Positions 21,521-30,644 of a stretch of DNA of 64,000 bases are shown piece after piece; the first letter of the stretch is position 1; each line of letters begins with the position of its first letter. Position numbers and translations under genes: made by a program. The notes beneath the pieces are model-generated. The model ran no database searches, had not been told where the DNA came from, and saw nothing but the letters and a program-made list of their open reading frames with translations. Origin of the DNA: a bacterium (GTDB lineage Bacteria > UBA8248); NCBI GenBank assembly GCA_965204535.1, contig CBDBEV010000001.1:2848001-2912000 (forward strand), written 5' to 3'.

Positions 21521-21811
21521 ATGACGGATTACCAGTTCTACATGTTGCTGGCCACGGCCGCCGGTCCCGTCGTGGAACTCGCCGTCGGCGGCGCGCAATG
21601 CCTGCTGATCTTCAGCGGACTCCGGCAGATGCGGGAGGACTCGCGCGAGTACGAGAAGTTACGCGAAGCGAGAATGGCGGGCATGGAATCACGGCGCGCC
21701 GAAACGATGGCGGCTCACGCGGAAACGATGGCGGCTATAGAAAGGCAACATGCCGAAAACATGGCTGCGCTGAAAGAACTCATCCGCCGCACCGGAAACG
21801 GGATCGAGTAA
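21521..21811 (+). CDS. Small membrane-anchored coiled-coil protein, copy 2
   Basis: Tandem paralog of 21179..21448 with conserved upstream leader. Confidence 0.7.
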   Translation: MTDYQFYMLLATAAGPVVELAVGGAQCLLIFSGLRQMREDSREYEKLREARMAGMESRRAETMAAHAETMAAIERQHAENMAALKELIRRTGNGIE

Positions 21812-21861
21812 TCGATCCGCAAGGGGAAGTGATTTCGAAGCGTATTACCTCACACGTCTCC

Positions 21862-23577
21862 TCACCCCGCCTTGCCGAGCATCTCTCTCGCGTGCTCTCG
21901 GGCGGCGTCGGTGATTTCGAGGCCCGTTCCCATGCGGGCGATCTCCTCCACGCGCTCATCGTCATCCAGAACCTCTACGCGCGTCTGCGTGCGCTCCCCG
22001 GCGACGTGTTTTTCCACCCGGAAATGGCGATCACCCAGGCTCGCGACCTGCGGCAGGTGGGTGACGACGAGCACCTGATGGCTCGCCGATACCCCTTTCA
22101 GTTTTCTGCCCACGACCTCGGCCACCGCCCCGCCGATCCCTGCATCCACCTCGTCGAAGATGAGGGTGGGGATCAAGTCGGCGCGCCTTAAGACGGATTC
22201 CAGGGCCAGCATCAGCCGCGATAGTTCACCGCCCGAGGCGACGCGGCTTAAAGAGCGCGGCGGCTCGCCGGGGTTGGGTGAGAAGTGAAACTGCGCGCGG
22301 TCGACGCCGTCGGCGCGAACGGCCACGGGGCGTCCTTCCACGTGGATGAAGCCCTCGGGGTCTTCCTGATGCGTGATGAGCGTCTGGAATTTCGCGCCCG
22401 TGAGGCCCAGTTCACCCAACGCCTCTTCCATGCGGGCATCGAGGCTTTCTGCGGCGCCTGCTCTTTTCTCGGAAAGAGCGAGGGCGGCTTTTGCGAGTTC
22501 GGCCCTGATCGAGTCGCGCTCCTCCACGAGGCGCGCCTCGGTCCCCTCCTCATCCGAAATTGCGGCGAGGCTGCTCCGGCACTCCTCGAGATACGCGAGG
22601 CATTCCGCCTCGTCGCTCCCGTATTTCCTGATCATCTCTCTTATCAGCGCGCGTCTGGCTTCCAGGGCTTCGAGGCGTTCGGGGTCGTGCTCGATTCCAT
22701 CTGTGTAATCGCGGAGCGAATCGGCAAGGTTCTCAAGCTGCGCTTGTGCGGATGCGGCTTCCTCCGCAAGGGAAGCCAGTGAATTATCGAGTTCACTCAT
22801 GCCTTCGAGTTCGCGCAGGATTTCTCCCGTTTTTTCGACGACCGACCCTTCCGCCTCATGGAGCCGCTCATAAAGCGACGCCGCGCCTTCTATCAGGCGG
22901 CCCGCGTTCCTGAGCCTCGGCAGTTCGGTCTCAATCTCCGAGAGTTCACCTGCGCGCAGGGCTGCTTTTTCCAGTTCCTCCACCTGGAAGCGCAGGAGGT
23001 CCGCCCTCTGGGCGCGTTCGCGCACGCCTTCGCGGTGCGCGTTCAGTTTTTCCTCTGCAGTTTTCAGTTCGCGCACCATCTCGCCCAGGGCGGCTCTTTC
23101 TCCGCTAGTGTCCGCAAAGTCGTCCAGCAGCCCCAGGTGGGATACGGGGCGCAGGAGGCTTTGGTGCGCGTGCTGGCCGTGGATGTTCACGAGGCGCTCG
23201 CCCACCCGGGAGAGCAGCGAGGCCGTGCCGAGGACACCGTTTAAGTAGATACGGCTTCTTCCCGCCTCCGCCACCCGGCGCCGCACGATGAGTTCACCGC
23301 CATCTTCCATTTCCACGCCCGCTTCTTCGAGCAGGGAGCGGGCCGAAATACCGCCTGCGGTATCGGGTATCTCGAAGAGCGATTCGACGACGGCCTCTTT
23401 TGCGCCCCCCCGAACGAGGTCGCCCCCTGCGCGGGCGCCCAGGGTGAGGTTCAGGGCGTCGAAGATGATGGATTTCCCGGCGCCCGTCTCGCCCGTCAGG
23501 ACGTTCAGGCCAGAGCCGAAGGCGATTTCCAGGTCGTCGATGATGGCGAAATTCGTGATCTTGAGGAGGCGGAGCAT
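21862..23577 (-). CDS. recN: DNA repair protein RecN
   Basis: NFAIID, LTGETGAGKS, ASGGELSR, LIFDEVDAG, VTHLPQVA. Confidence 0.96.
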   Translation of the reverse strand: MLRLLKITNFAIIDDLEIAFGSGLNVLTGETGAGKSIIFDALNLTLGARAGGDLVRGGAKEAVVESLFEIPDTAGGISARSLLEEAGVEMEDGGELIVRRRVAEAGRSRIYLNGVLGTASLLSRVGERLVNIHGQHAHQSLLRPVSHLGLLDDFADTSGERAALGEMVRELKTAEEKLNAHREGVRERAQRADLLRFQVEELEKAALRAGELSEIETELPRLRNAGRLIEGAASLYERLHEAEGSVVEKTGEILRELEGMSELDNSLASLAEEAASAQAQLENLADSLRDYTDGIEHDPERLEALEARRALIREMIRKYGSDEAECLAYLEECRSSLAAISDEEGTEARLVEERDSIRAELAKAALALSEKRAGAAESLDARMEEALGELGLTGAKFQTLITHQEDPEGFIHVEGRPVAVRADGVDRAQFHFSPNPGEPPRSLSRVASGGELSRLMLALESVLRRADLIPTLIFDEVDAGIGGAVAEVVGRKLKGVSASHQVLVVTHLPQVASLGDRHFRVEKHVAGERTQTRVEVLDDDERVEEIARMGTGLEITDAAREHAREMLGKAG

Positions 23578-23582
23578 GGGAG

Positions 23583-24488
23583 TTACATCTTCCGCCCGCC
23601 GCGCGGGTGGGTCTCCCACAAGAGCTTTTCTCTCAAGGTCTGAAAAAAATCCGCACCCCTGGGCCGGATGATCCGCACGGGGGTGCGGCTTTTCCGGATT
23701 TTCACCGAATCGCCCGCTTCGAGTTCGCAACCCGGGAAGCCGTCGAGCGTGAGGAGAACCTCTCGTCCTTCCGCTTCGGTATCCGGGAAGATCGTGATTT
23801 CAAGCTCCGTCTCGGCGGGAACGACGATGGGCCGGTTGCTGAGCGTGTGCGGGCATATCGGGTTGATGAGCATCACGTTCAGATCGGGCAGCACGAGCGG
23901 CCCGCCCGCGGAGAGGGAGTAGGCCGTGGAGCCCGTGGGTGTGGCGACGATGAGGCCGTCCGCGCGGAAATAGCCCAGATGCCTGCCTTCCATCTGAACC
24001 TCGTATTCGACCATGCGCGCCAGAGGCCCGGTGGTGAGCACGATATCGTTCAGCGTATCGGACAGCGCAGGCGCCGCGCCCCCGTTGATTTGAACCTCCG
24101 CGCCGAGGCGCATGCGCGATTCGATGGAAAATTCTTTTTTTATCAGTATCCGCTCGAGCGCCGGGTAGAGTTCGGCCTGGGGGATGTCCGCCAGAAAGCC
24201 CAGGTGCCCGGTGTTGATGCCCAAAAGGAGCGGGGATTCCGCCCCGATGTTGTGCGCGGTGCGCAGCATGGAGCCGTCGCCGCCGAAGACGATGACCAGG
24301 TCGGCGCGCTTGACGACCTCCTCGCGCGCGGCGCCCGTTTCCTCTCCCGCCATCCGGGCCGTGTCCAGATCGAGATGGACCTCGAAGCCTCTCTCCTTCA
24401 GCCAGGCGGTAAGGCCGGTGAAATCGAGCGGGCTTTTTTGCGCCTCCGCCCATGCGGTCAGTGCGATGCGCTCAATGTTCGTCGCCAC
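23583..24488 (-). CDS. nadK: NAD kinase
   Basis: GGDGSML, GINTGHLGFL, LND, ADGLIVATPTGSTAYSLSAGGP; classic nadK-recN pairing. Confidence 0.95.
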   Translation of the reverse strand: MATNIERIALTAWAEAQKSPLDFTGLTAWLKERGFEVHLDLDTARMAGEETGAAREEVVKRADLVIVFGGDGSMLRTAHNIGAESPLLLGINTGHLGFLADIPQAELYPALERILIKKEFSIESRMRLGAEVQINGGAAPALSDTLNDIVLTTGPLARMVEYEVQMEGRHLGYFRADGLIVATPTGSTAYSLSAGGPLVLPDLNVMLINPICPHTLSNRPIVVPAETELEITIFPDTEAEGREVLLTLDGFPGCELEAGDSVKIRKSRTPVRIIRPRGADFFQTLREKLLWETHPRGGRKM

Positions 24489-24627
24489 GTGATGAATCTC
24501 CCGAATCAGCCTCGGTGGCAAGGTATCCCAGGGTCTGCGCCCCGGCAACCGCATGCCGAAAACGAGCACGGCGGAACTAATACCCTTAGTCTAACTATTT
24601 ATATGATGAATCTTCGTTGGACAATGA

Positions 24628-25497
24628 TTAGTTTCGCGGTGCTATATGCTTGGGCGGCGTTTTGCCGTTTATCCAGTCGACGATAGCGGCCACGGTTTCA
24701 CGTTCCACCCCAAAGAAGCCATGCTGACTTCTGGCTTGGCACGGTCGGCTTTTGGGTTCACGTCCTCCGCTCACTGTAACAAAATGCTTGCGCGGATTGT
24801 CGGGCAGTTCATAGAAAATTCCTTGAGCGGCGTCGTCGTAAGACGTTGCTCGGCATCCATCGTCGATGTGATGAACAACCAGCGTCGGTCGTTTGATCCG
24901 GCTTGCATCATGGACGACTTCGTTCATGCTCGCAGTCAATATATAGCCTTTGACGTTTGGATGCTCCATGACGGTTGCTAGGTATCCTACGGAAAGCGTG
25001 CCCCTGCTGGTTCCTGCCAGATAGACGCCGCACGACTTTTCCTTTTTCGTGAGAAAATCCACTGCCGCGCGTATATCCTCGTGATGTTCTTTCGAAGTAC
25101 GGTAGGAATCGCTCAACATTTTCTTGTCCGATGGAAAGTCAAGCAGAACGGTAATGAGCCCCTCTCTGGCGAAAAGCGGCGAACTTCTGATGAGAAAGTT
25201 TCCTCCCAGCCTCAAGCGCCCGCCCTTACGTTTCGTAATCCGCGCCGTTTTTCCGCCGATGAACAACATCACCGCCAAACATCCCGTCTTTTCTCTTTTG
25301 GCAACCAGAAACCTTTGCTTGACTCCCGGGCGAGTGGGTATCTTGATGGCTTCCCACAGCAGCGTAGCGTCGGGGTCCCTGAAATCGGCATGGGGAATGA
25401 CGTGTAGGTACTTACGCTCAATCATGTCCGCATGTCCGAATGGAACACCAAAAAAGATGAACAGAAATACCGCCGTAATAATTCGTTTGAAGTGCAT
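24628..25497 (-). CDS. Secreted alpha/beta hydrolase
   Basis: Signal peptide; GTSRG nucleophile elbow; VHHIDDGC and HGFFG; lower GC. Confidence 0.75.
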   Translation of the reverse strand: MHFKRIITAVFLFIFFGVPFGHADMIERKYLHVIPHADFRDPDATLLWEAIKIPTRPGVKQRFLVAKREKTGCLAVMLFIGGKTARITKRKGGRLRLGGNFLIRSSPLFAREGLITVLLDFPSDKKMLSDSYRTSKEHHEDIRAAVDFLTKKEKSCGVYLAGTSRGTLSVGYLATVMEHPNVKGYILTASMNEVVHDASRIKRPTLVVHHIDDGCRATSYDDAAQGIFYELPDNPRKHFVTVSGGREPKSRPCQARSQHGFFGVERETVAAIVDWINGKTPPKHIAPRN

Positions 25498-25614
25498 TTC
25501 AGACCTTTCTCTGTTTCGATGTTTTGTCAAATGTTATCTACCTGGGGAAGCGGAAATATGCGTGATTATATATTTCCCAGAAGCCATTGCTTGATACAAA
25601 CACATCCCCGCCGT

Positions 25615-26532
25615 TCACCCGCGCGCCTGCAACGCGGCGTCTTTTCTTCGCTGGGGCAGACGCCGCCAGTAGCGGCAGGCATCCTGCAGGGGGCAGCCCG
25701 CGCAGAGTTTGATGTCTCTTTTGCTCGGACAATGCTTCAAGATGCCCATCCGCGAGATGGCGAAATCGTAGCGCACCGGGTCGTCGGGGTCGATGCGCTT
25801 CAGGTTTCTCGTGATCTCGAGCGCCATCTTGAGGTCGGGCGTTTTCCTGTCGGTGAGGCCCAGCAGGCGCCCGATGCGTGCGATGTGGGTGTCGAGCGGT
25901 ATGATGAGCTGATGGGTTTTCGGCGTCTTCCAGAGGCCCAGGTCCAGGCCGTCGTCGGGCCGCACCATCCACCTGAGAAACAGGTGGAGACGCTTGCACG
26001 CGCTGCCGCTCGCGGGATCGGGCAGGAGATAGTGAATGCCGCGCTCGATTTTCGCGTCCGCGGGCGCCGCCGGGAGGGAGCGGAACAGGCGCTCCCTGAA
26101 TCTTTTGAGCGCCCCCTGGAGCGTCTCCTCCTCGGCGCAATAGCCTTTGAGGAAAAGCGCTTCGAGCGATCCCTCGTTCCTGAGCGCGGCCCCGATCGCC
26201 TGGGCGAAAACGCCGATGGCCTCGGGACCCACCCAGCGGTGGTAGAGACCTTCGAAGAGGCGGGCGCTCTCCTCGGGAAGATGGCTGCGCAGCGCGTCGG
26301 CGGGCCGGGGGCCGAGGCGCTCCATGATGCGCTTTACGCTCATCCGTATCGCGGCGGCGTTGCCGAAGGCCAGGGATGCGCTCAGAAACGCCGCGACCTC
26401 GCGATCCCGCGCGCCCCGGTAGGCGTGCGCAAGGCCGAGCGGGTCGGTGGCCAGATAGCCGTCGTGATAGGCGTGGGCGAGCGCGTCCAGCTTCTCCTTG
26501 AGAAGCGGCACGTCTCCCGCCCTGAGAGGCAC
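25615..26532 (-). CDS. TIGR02757/DUF2400 family protein
   Basis: SACKRLHLFLRWMVR, DLGLW, PLDTH, DPVRYDFA; C-terminal Cys cluster. Confidence 0.88.
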   Translation of the reverse strand: MPLRAGDVPLLKEKLDALAHAYHDGYLATDPLGLAHAYRGARDREVAAFLSASLAFGNAAAIRMSVKRIMERLGPRPADALRSHLPEESARLFEGLYHRWVGPEAIGVFAQAIGAALRNEGSLEALFLKGYCAEEETLQGALKRFRERLFRSLPAAPADAKIERGIHYLLPDPASGSACKRLHLFLRWMVRPDDGLDLGLWKTPKTHQLIIPLDTHIARIGRLLGLTDRKTPDLKMALEITRNLKRIDPDDPVRYDFAISRMGILKHCPSKRDIKLCAGCPLQDACRYWRRLPQRRKDAALQARG

Positions 26533-26981
26533 TAGAACGCGCCCTTGGAATCCAGCAGCAGGGTGACGGGGCCGTCGTTCACGAGTTCGACTTCCATCAT
26601 CGCGCCGAAGCGGCCCGTCGCGACGCGAACCCCGAGATTTTCGACCCGCGCGACGAATCGCTCATACAGAGGCTCCGCCTGCTCGGGCGGGGCCGCGGCG
26701 ATGAAGGCGGGACGCCTTCCCTTTCGGCAATCGCCGTGCAGGGTGAACTGGCTGACGACGAGCATCGCTCCGTCCGCGTCGAGAAGCGAGAGGTTCATTT
26801 TCTGCGCCTCATCGGGGAATATCCTCAAGTTGGTGGTTTTATCGGCGAGGAAATCGACGTCTTTTTCAGTATCCTCGCGTCCGACCCCCAGGAAAACGAG
26901 GAGTCCGCCCCGGATTTCTCCAACGATCTCGGAATCCACACGGACACAGGCCTTGCTCACGCGCTGAACGACGGCTCTCAT
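26532..26981 (-). CDS. dtd: D-aminoacyl-tRNA deacylase
   Basis: [24 protein letters not shown]. Confidence 0.97.
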   Translation of the reverse strand: MRAVVQRVSKACVRVDSEIVGEIRGGLLVFLGVGREDTEKDVDFLADKTTNLRIFPDEAQKMNLSLLDADGAMLVVSQFTLHGDCRKGRRPAFIAAAPPEQAEPLYERFVARVENLGVRVATGRFGAMMEVELVNDGPVTLLLDSKGAF

Positions 26982-27258
26982 ATTCGTTTGTCCCGCGGGG
27001 TCATTTTATTATCTCCGGGCCAGCGCTATCCCTGTTCCACCGTATGCCGGCGATGGGTCCAGAATATACGGCGAGTCTCTTGAAATTCAACGCCTTGAAA
27101 CATCGCCCCGCCCGCGCGGCGTTTTCAAGTTCCCTTTGTCGTTTTCCTTGGTTGAAATGCGGGGAGCAATGTGCGAGAAATCATTTGCGAATTTTTCGCA
27201 CCATTCATTCACATATAGCGAATGCGGCATCATATCCTAGCCACAATCGGGGCGGCCA

Positions 27259-27861
27259 TTGTCCAGCGCGGAAAAATTGTCCAGAAAAAAAGTGTTCACC
27301 ACGTTCGAAGTCGCGGAAATTTGCGACGTCACGCCGGTCACGATTCAAAACTGGATAGACAAGGGCTGGCTGCTCGCATACCGAACGCCGGGAGGCCATA
27401 GAAGGGTGAGGAAAGAGGCGCTTCTCTCTTTCCTGGAATCACGCGACATGCCCCATCCCTTTCGGGAAAAGGGGGGTGTTCCCCGGGTGCTCATCGTGAA
27501 TGGCGATCAGGGCCTTGCCGACTCTCTCAAAGAAGCGCTCTCGTTGGATGAGCCGGGCTATGAAATTCAGGTGGCGCACGACGGGTTCCGGGCCGGTGTC
27601 CTCTATTCCAGTTCGCATCCGGATGTGGTGATACTCGATCTGAATCATTCCAGCGTGGATGGTTACGAGGTGTGCCGCCAGATAAAACAGAGCGAGGCCG
27701 GCGGCGAAACGTGCGTCGTGGCGCTCGGCGGCGTCGATGGGGACGAACGCAGGCGCATTCTCGATATGGGCGCGGCGCATTGCCTCCCCAAGCCGGTGGA
27801 CTCCGTGGGTCTCAGGAATCTGGTGAAAGAGGCCGTCCTGAATCGCTGGAGGTCCCCTTAG
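27259..27861 (+). CDS. Response regulator with N-terminal excisionase/MerR-like HTH
   Basis: FTTFEVAEIC.V...TIQNWIDKG...RTPGGHRR plus receiver domain VVILDL...KP. Confidence 0.88.
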   Translation: MSSAEKLSRKKVFTTFEVAEICDVTPVTIQNWIDKGWLLAYRTPGGHRRVRKEALLSFLESRDMPHPFREKGGVPRVLIVNGDQGLADSLKEALSLDEPGYEIQVAHDGFRAGVLYSSSHPDVVILDLNHSSVDGYEVCRQIKQSEAGGETCVVALGGVDGDERRRILDMGAAHCLPKPVDSVGLRNLVKEAVLNRWRSP

Positions 27862-27953
27862 GCGCGTTCGGCATCGGGAGCCAAATCGGCGCAGCCCCGT
27901 GATTTTCATGGCGTGGGCTTGTGGTAACGCCCGTGTCGGGCTGAAATGTGTTG

Positions 27954-28841
27954 CTAGTTCTCCTCGGGCGCATCCTCATCGGCGCCCCGGTTTCTCAGAA
28001 AACGCTCCAGTTCCCTGGCCAGCTCATCTCCCGAGGGAAGCTCGCCCGGCTGGGTTTCTTCATCGAAGCCGTCGTCTCTGAGTTTTAGCTGTTCCACGTA
28101 GTCTCTCACCGATTTGTTCTTGTCGAGCGCCTCGTCGACTTTCTCTTCGAATTCATGCGCGCCCGCCTCGAGCTCGGAGAGATTGAGGGGGTAGGAGAGA
28201 AACTCGCTGAGCCGCTCCACGAGGGCGAGCGCCGCCTTCGGGTTGGGCGTCACGTTCACGTAGTGGGGCACGTTCGCCCATACGCTGACGGCGGGGAGGT
28301 TTTCGTCGCGGAACAGGTTGTTCAGCACGCCGACGATTCCGGTGGGTCCCTCATAGCGCGAGGGTTTGAGGCCCAGTTGAGAGGCGAGATCGGGGTTCGT
28401 GGAGGTGCCGGTAATCCGGACCCTGCTTCGGTGGTAGACGTCGGCGAGCAGGGCGCCCACCGTCACGGCCATCCGCACCCGGCATTCGCGCACCATGGAC
28501 AATATGATTTTCGAAAAGCGCTCCCATTGCAGATGAGGCTCCACGCCCAGGAACACCACCACATCGTGTTCGAGGTTCGGCGTCTCGCATGCGTAGAACG
28601 TGTTCGAGGGCCAGGTGATTTTCCGGCGGCTGTCCTCATCGAGGCTGACGTGGGGCCGCATGTCCTGAAAATTGTAGAACGGGTCGGAATCGATCCGGGC
28701 GAATTCCGACCCCCCCATTTTCTCGGTGATGAAACTGGCGGCGGTCGTGGCGGCGCTGCTGGCGTCGTTCCAGCCCGCGAAAGCCATGAGTAAAGCGGGG
28801 TCTCTGAGCTTCGGCGTTTCCTTGATGTCGAGATGTTCCAT
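27954..28841 (-). CDS. PAC2 family (proteasome assembly chaperone-like) protein
   Basis: AFAGWNDAS, YNFQDMRP, GVEP, GALLADV, YEGPTGIVG, WANVPHY, PNPKA. Confidence 0.88.
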   Translation of the reverse strand: MEHLDIKETPKLRDPALLMAFAGWNDASSAATTAASFITEKMGGSEFARIDSDPFYNFQDMRPHVSLDEDSRRKITWPSNTFYACETPNLEHDVVVFLGVEPHLQWERFSKIILSMVRECRVRMAVTVGALLADVYHRSRVRITGTSTNPDLASQLGLKPSRYEGPTGIVGVLNNLFRDENLPAVSVWANVPHYVNVTPNPKAALALVERLSEFLSYPLNLSELEAGAHEFEEKVDEALDKNKSVRDYVEQLKLRDDGFDEETQPGELPSGDELARELERFLRNRGADEDAPEEN

Positions 28842-29118
28842 TTGTTTGTCCCCCCAGTCCGCCTTATGAATCCAAGAACAAAGACTTTATCGGTTCAAGG
28901 AGAAAAGAAAGAAAACCATTGTATGAGGTCTCGGGAGGGGATTCAATCCTTTATTTCGGGGATTCTCGTGCGGCGTTTGATGGAGGCGCGCCGGTGGGAT
29001 ATAAATTTTCAGCCCGTGAGCCTGCGGCGTTTTCCGGCGGGGGGAGGCGATCTTCCTTCTTCCGGGGCGGAGATGTAGAGGAGCGGGCCGAATGCGGGTG
29101 GAACGTGAGGGATCGGTT

Positions 29119-29901
29119 ATGAACGCCCCTGAATCGTCGGATATGAAGGATAAGGTCGTCCTGGTGACCGGCGGCTCGCGCGGCATCGGCGCGGCCATTG
29201 CGAGGCGATTCGCGCGCGAGGGCGCGCATCTGGCCTTGAACCACAGGGACGGGAAGGGGAGGTCCGTCCAGATGGCGGACGAACTTTGCCGCGAGTTTGA
29301 GGCCGCCGGAGGACGGGCGGTCGCCATCCCTGCGGACATTTCGAAAAAAGACGCCGTAAAGGCCATGTTCGCGCAGGTGGAAGAGGAGTTCGGGCGACTC
29401 GACGTGCTCGTCCTGAACGCGGCGCGCGCGCCCTTCAAGCCGTGGGAGAAGCTCCTGGAGCGCGACCTCAAGCTCTTGGTGGAGACGAATTTTCTGGGCA
29501 ACGTCTTCTGCCTGCAGGGGGCGCTTCCGTTGCTCTCGCGCCGGGGCGGGACCGTCGTGTTCATATCGAGTCTGGGGGGCCGCTTTTATCACCCCGAATA
29601 CCCCCTGGGGCCCATGAAGGCGGCCATGGAGGCGGCGGTCACGCATTGGGCGGAAAGTTTCGAGGAGAGAGGCGTATCGGTCAACGCCGTCTGCGCGGGG
29701 CTGGTGAAGACCGATTCGTTCAAGACGCTGCGCATGGTTCAGCCGGAGCTGGAAGAGCTGCCCGAGCGTTATTTCGTGACGCCGGAAGAAGTGGCGGAAT
29801 CGGTCTATTTTCTCGCGGGCGCCGGCGCGGCTTCCATACGCGGGCAGACCCTCGTGGTCGACAGGGGACTCAGCAACCGCCTGAACCGCCCCCCGGGGTG
29901 A
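29119..29901 (+). CDS. SDR, FabL-like enoyl-ACP reductase
   Basis: TGGSRGIG, LNAA, ISSLG..Y...Y.....KAAME, similar to B. subtilis FabL pattern; first gene of FAS-like cluster. Confidence 0.7.
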   Translation: MNAPESSDMKDKVVLVTGGSRGIGAAIARRFAREGAHLALNHRDGKGRSVQMADELCREFEAAGGRAVAIPADISKKDAVKAMFAQVEEEFGRLDVLVLNAARAPFKPWEKLLERDLKLLVETNFLGNVFCLQGALPLLSRRGGTVVFISSLGGRFYHPEYPLGPMKAAMEAAVTHWAESFEERGVSVNAVCAGLVKTDSFKTLRMVQPELEELPERYFVTPEEVAESVYFLAGAGAASIRGQTLVVDRGLSNRLNRPPG

Positions 29902-30036
29902 TGGAGCGGGGGAGATTCCTCGGAGAAGGTTGATTTTCGTTCCCCTCCTTGGTTGTATACGCTTGGATGCGTGGGGGAGGTTTGCATGCGTCCCTACACG
30001 AGGACGGGCCGCGCTTGATCGTTACAGAGGACTGCT

Positions 30037-30600
30037 ATGTCGCAAAACCTGGTATCAGACGATACGATTTTGGAAGAGGTGAAAAAGGCGATCGCCCACA
30101 CCACGGGAATCGACGAGGAAACCATCGAGCCGGACAGCTCCCTGGTGGACGACCTGGGCGTCTTGTCGCTCGATTTTCTGGACGTGAACTTTCGCCTCGA
30201 GCAGGTGTTCGGCATCAAGATGGCGCGCAATTTCGTTCTGGAACACGTGGAGGAGATGTTCGGCGAAGGCGTGGCCATCAACGAGGAGAGCGAGGTGACG
30301 GAAACAGGTGTCGAGGTCTTGAAGCTGCGCTTGAACGAAGCCGCTGCGGATCTCGAGCCCGGCATCCCCGTGGATGAGCTGCCGGCCCTCGTTACGCCGA
30401 AGACGCTGGCGGGCGCGGTGCGCGACGTACTGAACTGCCTGCCCGAGAAGAGCCCGGCGGGGGCGGACTGGAAGGCCGAGGATGGAACGCGCATCGTATG
30501 CGCGCAGACGAACGAACCCGCCGCTTTGCCCGGCGGCGATGAAGTGGTCCAGAACTGGCTGAACCGGGTGCAGGAAGAAAGGGGCCTCTTCTCCTCCTGA
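30037..30600 (+). CDS. Atypical long acyl carrier protein
   Basis: SSLVDDLGVLSLDFLDVNFRLEQVFGIK ACP core; 187 aa with insertion and C-terminal extension. Confidence 0.82.
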   Translation: MSQNLVSDDTILEEVKKAIAHTTGIDEETIEPDSSLVDDLGVLSLDFLDVNFRLEQVFGIKMARNFVLEHVEEMFGEGVAINEESEVTETGVEVLKLRLNEAAADLEPGIPVDELPALVTPKTLAGAVRDVLNCLPEKSPAGADWKAEDGTRIVCAQTNEPAALPGGDEVVQNWLNRVQEERGLFSS

Positions 30601-30644
30601 GGCCGCAGGCTTCATTCAAGCCGTTTTACCGGGAGAACATGTGA

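Larger units (their letters stand above)
21124..21811 (+). repeat. Tandem direct duplication (~343-bp unit)
   Basis: CGCGAGGACTTCAAAGACCCATCTGA...GAGATGACGGATTACCAGTTCTACATG occurs at 21124 and 21467. Confidence 0.9.

Noticed and set aside
21179-21811. Diversity-generating retroelement template/variable repeat pair
   Set aside because: Differences are not adenine-specific and no reverse transcriptase is in the window; simple tandem duplication suffices
29984-29997. GCATGCGTCCCTAC upstream of the ACP gene
   Set aside because: Only a half match to the GTAG REP family with no intact palindrome
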